Of a stretch of DNA of 11,947 nucleotides, positions 8,353 to 11,947 are shown one piece after another. Source of the stretch: Octopus sinensis (taxonomy: Eukaryota); contig NW_021826720.1 of NCBI RefSeq assembly GCF_006345805.1, forward strand, positions 1-11,947, written 5' to 3'. Under the pieces are notes generated by a model. It saw only the letters and a list, made by a program, of their open reading frames with translations, made no database searches and was not told the DNA's origin. Numbering within the stretch: position 1 is the first letter of the stretch; every line of letters begins with the position of its first letter. A program made the position numbers and the translations under genes.

Positions 8353-8759
8353 TATATAAACAGTAATAAAAACGAAATAAAAAAATCTACCGAAATATGT
8401 AAGAGCAATGTCTGGCGAACTTTTTACCTTTGAAATGGCGTCCATCCAACATGTTTCTATATTTGAACTTTTGAACGTCAATATCTAGCTAAGCGTATAA
8501 CAGCGAGTATTATCGAAAGGACACCGGAAGTGCGTCGAACGGTGATACATAGTGCAGTAGAGTGCTACGCAGTGCAATGCAATTCAAATCTCATACATTT
8601 CGAGTCTTTATTCATCAGTCTCCTGCAAATAAACTTGTTACATCTTGTTATTAATGGCCAGTTTAGCTTGAATACACCCACATCTGTGTGTTTATTCTTT
8701 AAATTTCTTCAGGTTTTGATTTCCTTTTTGACGTTTTATTTCTTCCAGCATTTTTTCCC

Positions 8760-9330
8760 TCCCAGCTTTAATTTGTCTATTTGACGATGTCTTCCTTCCA
8801 TCCATTCTTTTCTCTTTTTTTCTTTTCCCATTCTGTGTCTTTAACGTTTCAATCTTAATTATTGTTACTTTCTTTATTTGCTTCAGTAAATTTATCTATC
8901 TGTCTGTCTCTCTTTCTTCATTTCTTTCTTTTCTTCATTTCTTTCCTTCTTTCTGTCTTTCTCTCTTTCTTTTTTTCTGCTTGCCTTTCTTCTTTTCACT
9001 AAAGTTTTCTTTCTAATTTTCTCTACGTTTTTCGCAATTTATTCTGTCTGTTTTTCCATCGTGCATTTTATCCTTTGTTTGTATTCATTCATTTTTCTTT
9101 CAATCATTTCATTCATTCCAATATTTTCTTACTTGCTGCTTTCTTTTTCTGCCATTATATCTTCTTCAATTGTTGCATTTTATTTCATTTCATTTCATTT
9201 CGTATATCGCCATTAATATCAGTTCTGCTTCTCGTTAACAAAATCAGTCGTTCATCCTTTCTTACAATACTTTCACGTCATTTACGTACTTCTTCGTTTC
9301 CTTTCTCTCATCATTTTCTGTTTCCTATTT
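8760..9330 (+). repeat. Pyrimidine-rich (T/C) low-complexity tract
   Basis: Strong T/C skew on the + strand (ttct/tctt/tttc motifs), purest at ~8890-9020. Confidence 0.8.
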
Positions 9331-9349
9331 TTTCCGCAAGCTACTTCAG

Positions 9350-9652
9350 ATGCAAGAGTACGGCCAGGCTGGAGTTCTCCCTTGAAATATTTAGTTTAAC
9401 AAATCCAATTCAGAGCTTGGTTTTCAAAGATTCTACTTATTCTGTCAGACACTTTTGCCAACCCACTAACTTACCACCTGGTCATGATGGACAAACATAA
9501 GCACACACACACACTAGGGGCTTCCACGCAGTTTCCTTCCATACATTACTCTCATGGGGCTATAGCAGAAGACATGGTGTCAAAATGCCCCACAGTGGGA
9601 TTGAACCCGACACCAAGTGGTAGTTCAGCATTCTTCTTAACCCCATATCCAC
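9350..9652 (-). mobile_element. SINE family 2, near full length, diverged, with internal (CA) tract
   Basis: On the + strand, in order: tail-like acggccaggctggag (matches 5779-5800 reversed), acttattctgtcag..., ggacaaac+(CA)n, the 17-mer shared with 4995-5011, then gtgggattgaacccg (reverse B-box-like cgggttcaatccc). Confidence 0.7.
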
Positions 9653-9686
9653 TTCATATACTACATTTTATAATTGATACAAATGC

Positions 9687-9726
9687 CAACAATATATATA
9701 TGTGTGCATATATATATTATATATAT

Positions 9727-9795
<69 letters not shown>

Positions 9796-9838
9796 GTATG
9801 TATGTATATATATATATGTATATATATGTAATATATAT

Positions 9839-9878
<40 letters not shown>

Positions 9879-9906
9879 ATATAGGTGTGTATGTAATATA
9901 TATAGA

Positions 9907-9945
<39 letters not shown>
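9687..9945. repeat. Compound (TA)n/(TG)n microsatellite
   Basis: Long ta and tg runs. Confidence 0.96.
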
Positions 9946-9947
<2 letters not shown>

Positions 9948-10204
9948 TAGAGATAAAACCACATTAGGCAAATGAAACAATGAAAAACTTAAGCCAAAAC
10001 ATAAAATTAATTCATTTATATTATTTTAAATATATATCAAAAGTATTAAAAGTTTAATAAAAGATAATGTGTTTTACTCATTATCTTTTTATAAGCTTTT
10101 TAATTATATTGATATATATTTAAAATAATATAAATTAATTAATTTTATGTTTTGGCTTAAGTTTTTTCATTGTTGATTTGCCTAATAGTGGTTTTATCTC
10201 TAAT
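9946..10204. mobile_element. Long AT-rich foldback element (~125 bp arms, almost no loop)
   Basis: attagagataaaaccac...aagataatg (9946-10069) pairs with cattatctt...gtggttttatctctaat (10079-10204) at roughly 90% by eye; centre is gataatg-tgttttact-cattatc. Confidence 0.9.
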
Positions 10205-10293
10205 TTAATATAATATAATATTTTACTATAAAATTGGATTCAATCCTAAATCTGATTTTTCCCTGTAAGTTTGGATTTATTCCCTAATATTTT

Positions 10294-10331
10294 ATTATAT
10301 ATATATTATATATTATATATTATATATTATA

Positions 10332-10412
<81 letters not shown>

Positions 10413-10436
10413 ATATGTATGTATGTATGTATGTAT
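10294..10436. repeat. (TA)n followed by (TATG)n microsatellite
   Basis: Long ta run, then gtat units up to the mariner TIR. Confidence 0.95.
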
Positions 10437-10437
10437 A

Positions 10438-11520
10438 TTGAGTCATCCCATAAATAATGCGGTTTTTCAACTGCATGAACTAAAACTCAGAGGGAGACGA
10501 GATAAACTATCTGCATCAACTTGCTATAAAAGCAGGTAGTAATTTTACCTTGTCCTTCTTCTTAGGGCAAGTTTTGAAGAGTGTAGTTCGATTTTAACAG
10601 TTATTGTTTCAAAGCTATAATGGAAGTGACAAAGGATTATATTTGGTACATTTTGTTTTATGAATTCAATAAAGGCCAAAATCCAACTGAAAGTGCGAGG
10701 AATATTAATGCAGTATGTGGGGATCGGACAAAATGTGTAAGCCAGTGTCGGCGGTACTTCCAGAAATTCCGAGTCGGAAGCTATAACCTAGAAGACGAGT
10801 CTCATCTTGGAAAATCTCGAGATCACGACGAAGATCTCTTCTGGAAGATCTATAGAGCAGACCCTGGTTGAACAAAATCCCATTGTAACTGTTGAGGAAC
10901 TAGCAGAGAAGCTTGGATTTTGTCAGTCAACCATTCATTGACACCTGCATGCCACAGGAATAGTCAGCAAATTGTGTCATGCTCACAAACTTTCCGAGTC
11001 CAATCGCACGCAGAAAATGAATGTGCAGTCTTCTTTGCTGTCATATAAAGCTTTTTTGGACTGAATACTGACTATTGCCGCGAAATGAGTTCTCTATAAA
11101 AATGTCAAGCCCCGAAGCCAGTGGATGGGGAAAGGCGAAACACCGGTATCTGAGGCTAAAGAAGGTCTTCATCCACGTGGGGTGCTATCTGTTTGGTGAG
11201 ATATGAAAGTTTTAGTCCACTTTGAACATTTAAACCCGAACAAAGCGAAAACAAAGGTTATTTACTGCAAGTAACTTCGGCGGCTTATGTGAGCGTTAGA
11301 AGAAAAACGACCATCTTTTGTTTCAAAGCGAAAGGTGTTCTTCCATCAGGTTAATGCTTTACCATATACAGTGAGGAAAACATTCTAAAGGTCGGAGCAA
11401 TTTAAATGAGAAACGATGCCCTACCCATCATTTTCGCCGAACACTGACCTATCTGATTATCAGACGGAAAAAATATGAATTCTGTAGACGAGGACAGATC
11501 AGTACTTGAGGAGTAGTTTT
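10438..11520 (+). mobile_element. Decayed mariner (Tc1/mariner) DNA transposon, 3'-truncated
   Basis: TA then a left TIR TTGAGTCATCCCATAAATAATGCGGTTTTT (resembles mariner TIRs ending AATTGCGGTTTT), TATAAAAG at 10525-10532 and a transposase remnant. No convincing right TIR. Confidence 0.92.
10620..11520 (+). pseudogene. Mariner transposase pseudogene (N-terminal HTH plus DD34D-type domain remnants)
   Basis: MEVTKDYIWYILFYEFNKG...FQKFR...LEDE is a mariner HTH. After a frameshift: TLVEQNPIVTVEELAEKLG, then TIAAK* (11071-11088, in place of TGDEKW), HQVNA (11344-11358, for HxDNA) and FSPNTDLSDY (11431-11460, for YSPDLAPSDY). Multiple stops, frameshifts and deletions. Confidence 0.92.
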
Positions 11521-11659
11521 GGAATATAAACATAACAACCACTAATAATAAAATAGCAACCAATAATATACTGAGGTCTTTATAAACTGACATGCCTTTT
11601 GTCCACAACGCATCTCTTGAAATCATTGACATGTTATAAAGATTAAGGCATGATCGATA

Positions 11660-11860
11660 TATACTTTTCTACTCTAGGCACAAAGCCCGAAATTTTGGAG
11701 GAAGATACCAGTTGATTAGATCGACCCCAGTATGCAACTGGTGCTAAAATTTATCGACCCCTAAAGGATGAAAGGCTAAGTCGACCACGGTGGAATTTGA
11801 ACGAAATACCGCTGGGCATTTCGCCCGGTGTGCTAACGTTTCTGCCAGCTCGCCGCCTTG
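11660..11860 (-). mobile_element. SINE family 1, stand-alone full-length copy with B-type tail
   Basis: Reverse complement reads caaggcggcgagctggcagaaacgttagcac...ttgtgcctagagtagaaaagtat, with an internal ~19 bp deletion just 5' of the B-box-like motif. Confidence 0.87.
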
Positions 11861-11947
11861 ACTGATAGATATATAGTGCTGAGTTGGGTAAAAGATTTCG
11901 CAGTGTAAAGTTACGTCCCTTTATGTTGAAGTCCTGTGTTATAATAT

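Noticed and set aside
7997-8481. Poly-Asn, poly-Ile and poly-Leu ORFs
   Set aside because: Products of the (AAT)n/(GAT)n microsatellite.
8588-8623. Second hammerhead-like core on the minus strand (CUGAUGA...GAAA)
   Set aside because: Spacing is plausible, but stem II (AUAAAGACUC) does not pair, there is no matching stem I partner and no proper NUH triplet; chance match or fully decayed.
9075-9500. 141 aa F/I/H/S-rich ORF
   Set aside because: Arises from the stop-poor pyrimidine tract and runs into a SINE.
11550-11565. aaaatagcaaccaata as the mariner right TIR
   Set aside because: Matches the left TIR only by assuming a large internal deletion; too weak in AT-rich DNA.

Overview
AT-rich, repeat-saturated animal non-coding DNA with no intact protein-coding gene. 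The SINE families and microsatellite load suggest an octopus/coleoid cephalopod; this is inference from remembered repeat sequences, not a database search. The window holds (GATA)n, (TA)n, (CA/TG)n, (CTA)n and (AAT)n microsatellites, a decayed mariner (Tc1/mariner) transposon (10438-11520), about nine copies of one tRNA-type SINE (seven packed into 6478-7860) and fragments of a second SINE family. It also has a probable LINE 3' end, three long foldback/TIR elements (one with a tRNA-like core) and an LTR-like segment with a CCAAT/TATA promoter and a minisatellite. The most notable signal is a minimal type I hammerhead ribozyme on the minus strand (4571-4618), with the palindromic stem III typical of Penelope-like retroelements. 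All supplied ORFs except 10620-10871 (mariner N-terminal HTH remnant) are microsatellite or repeat artefacts.
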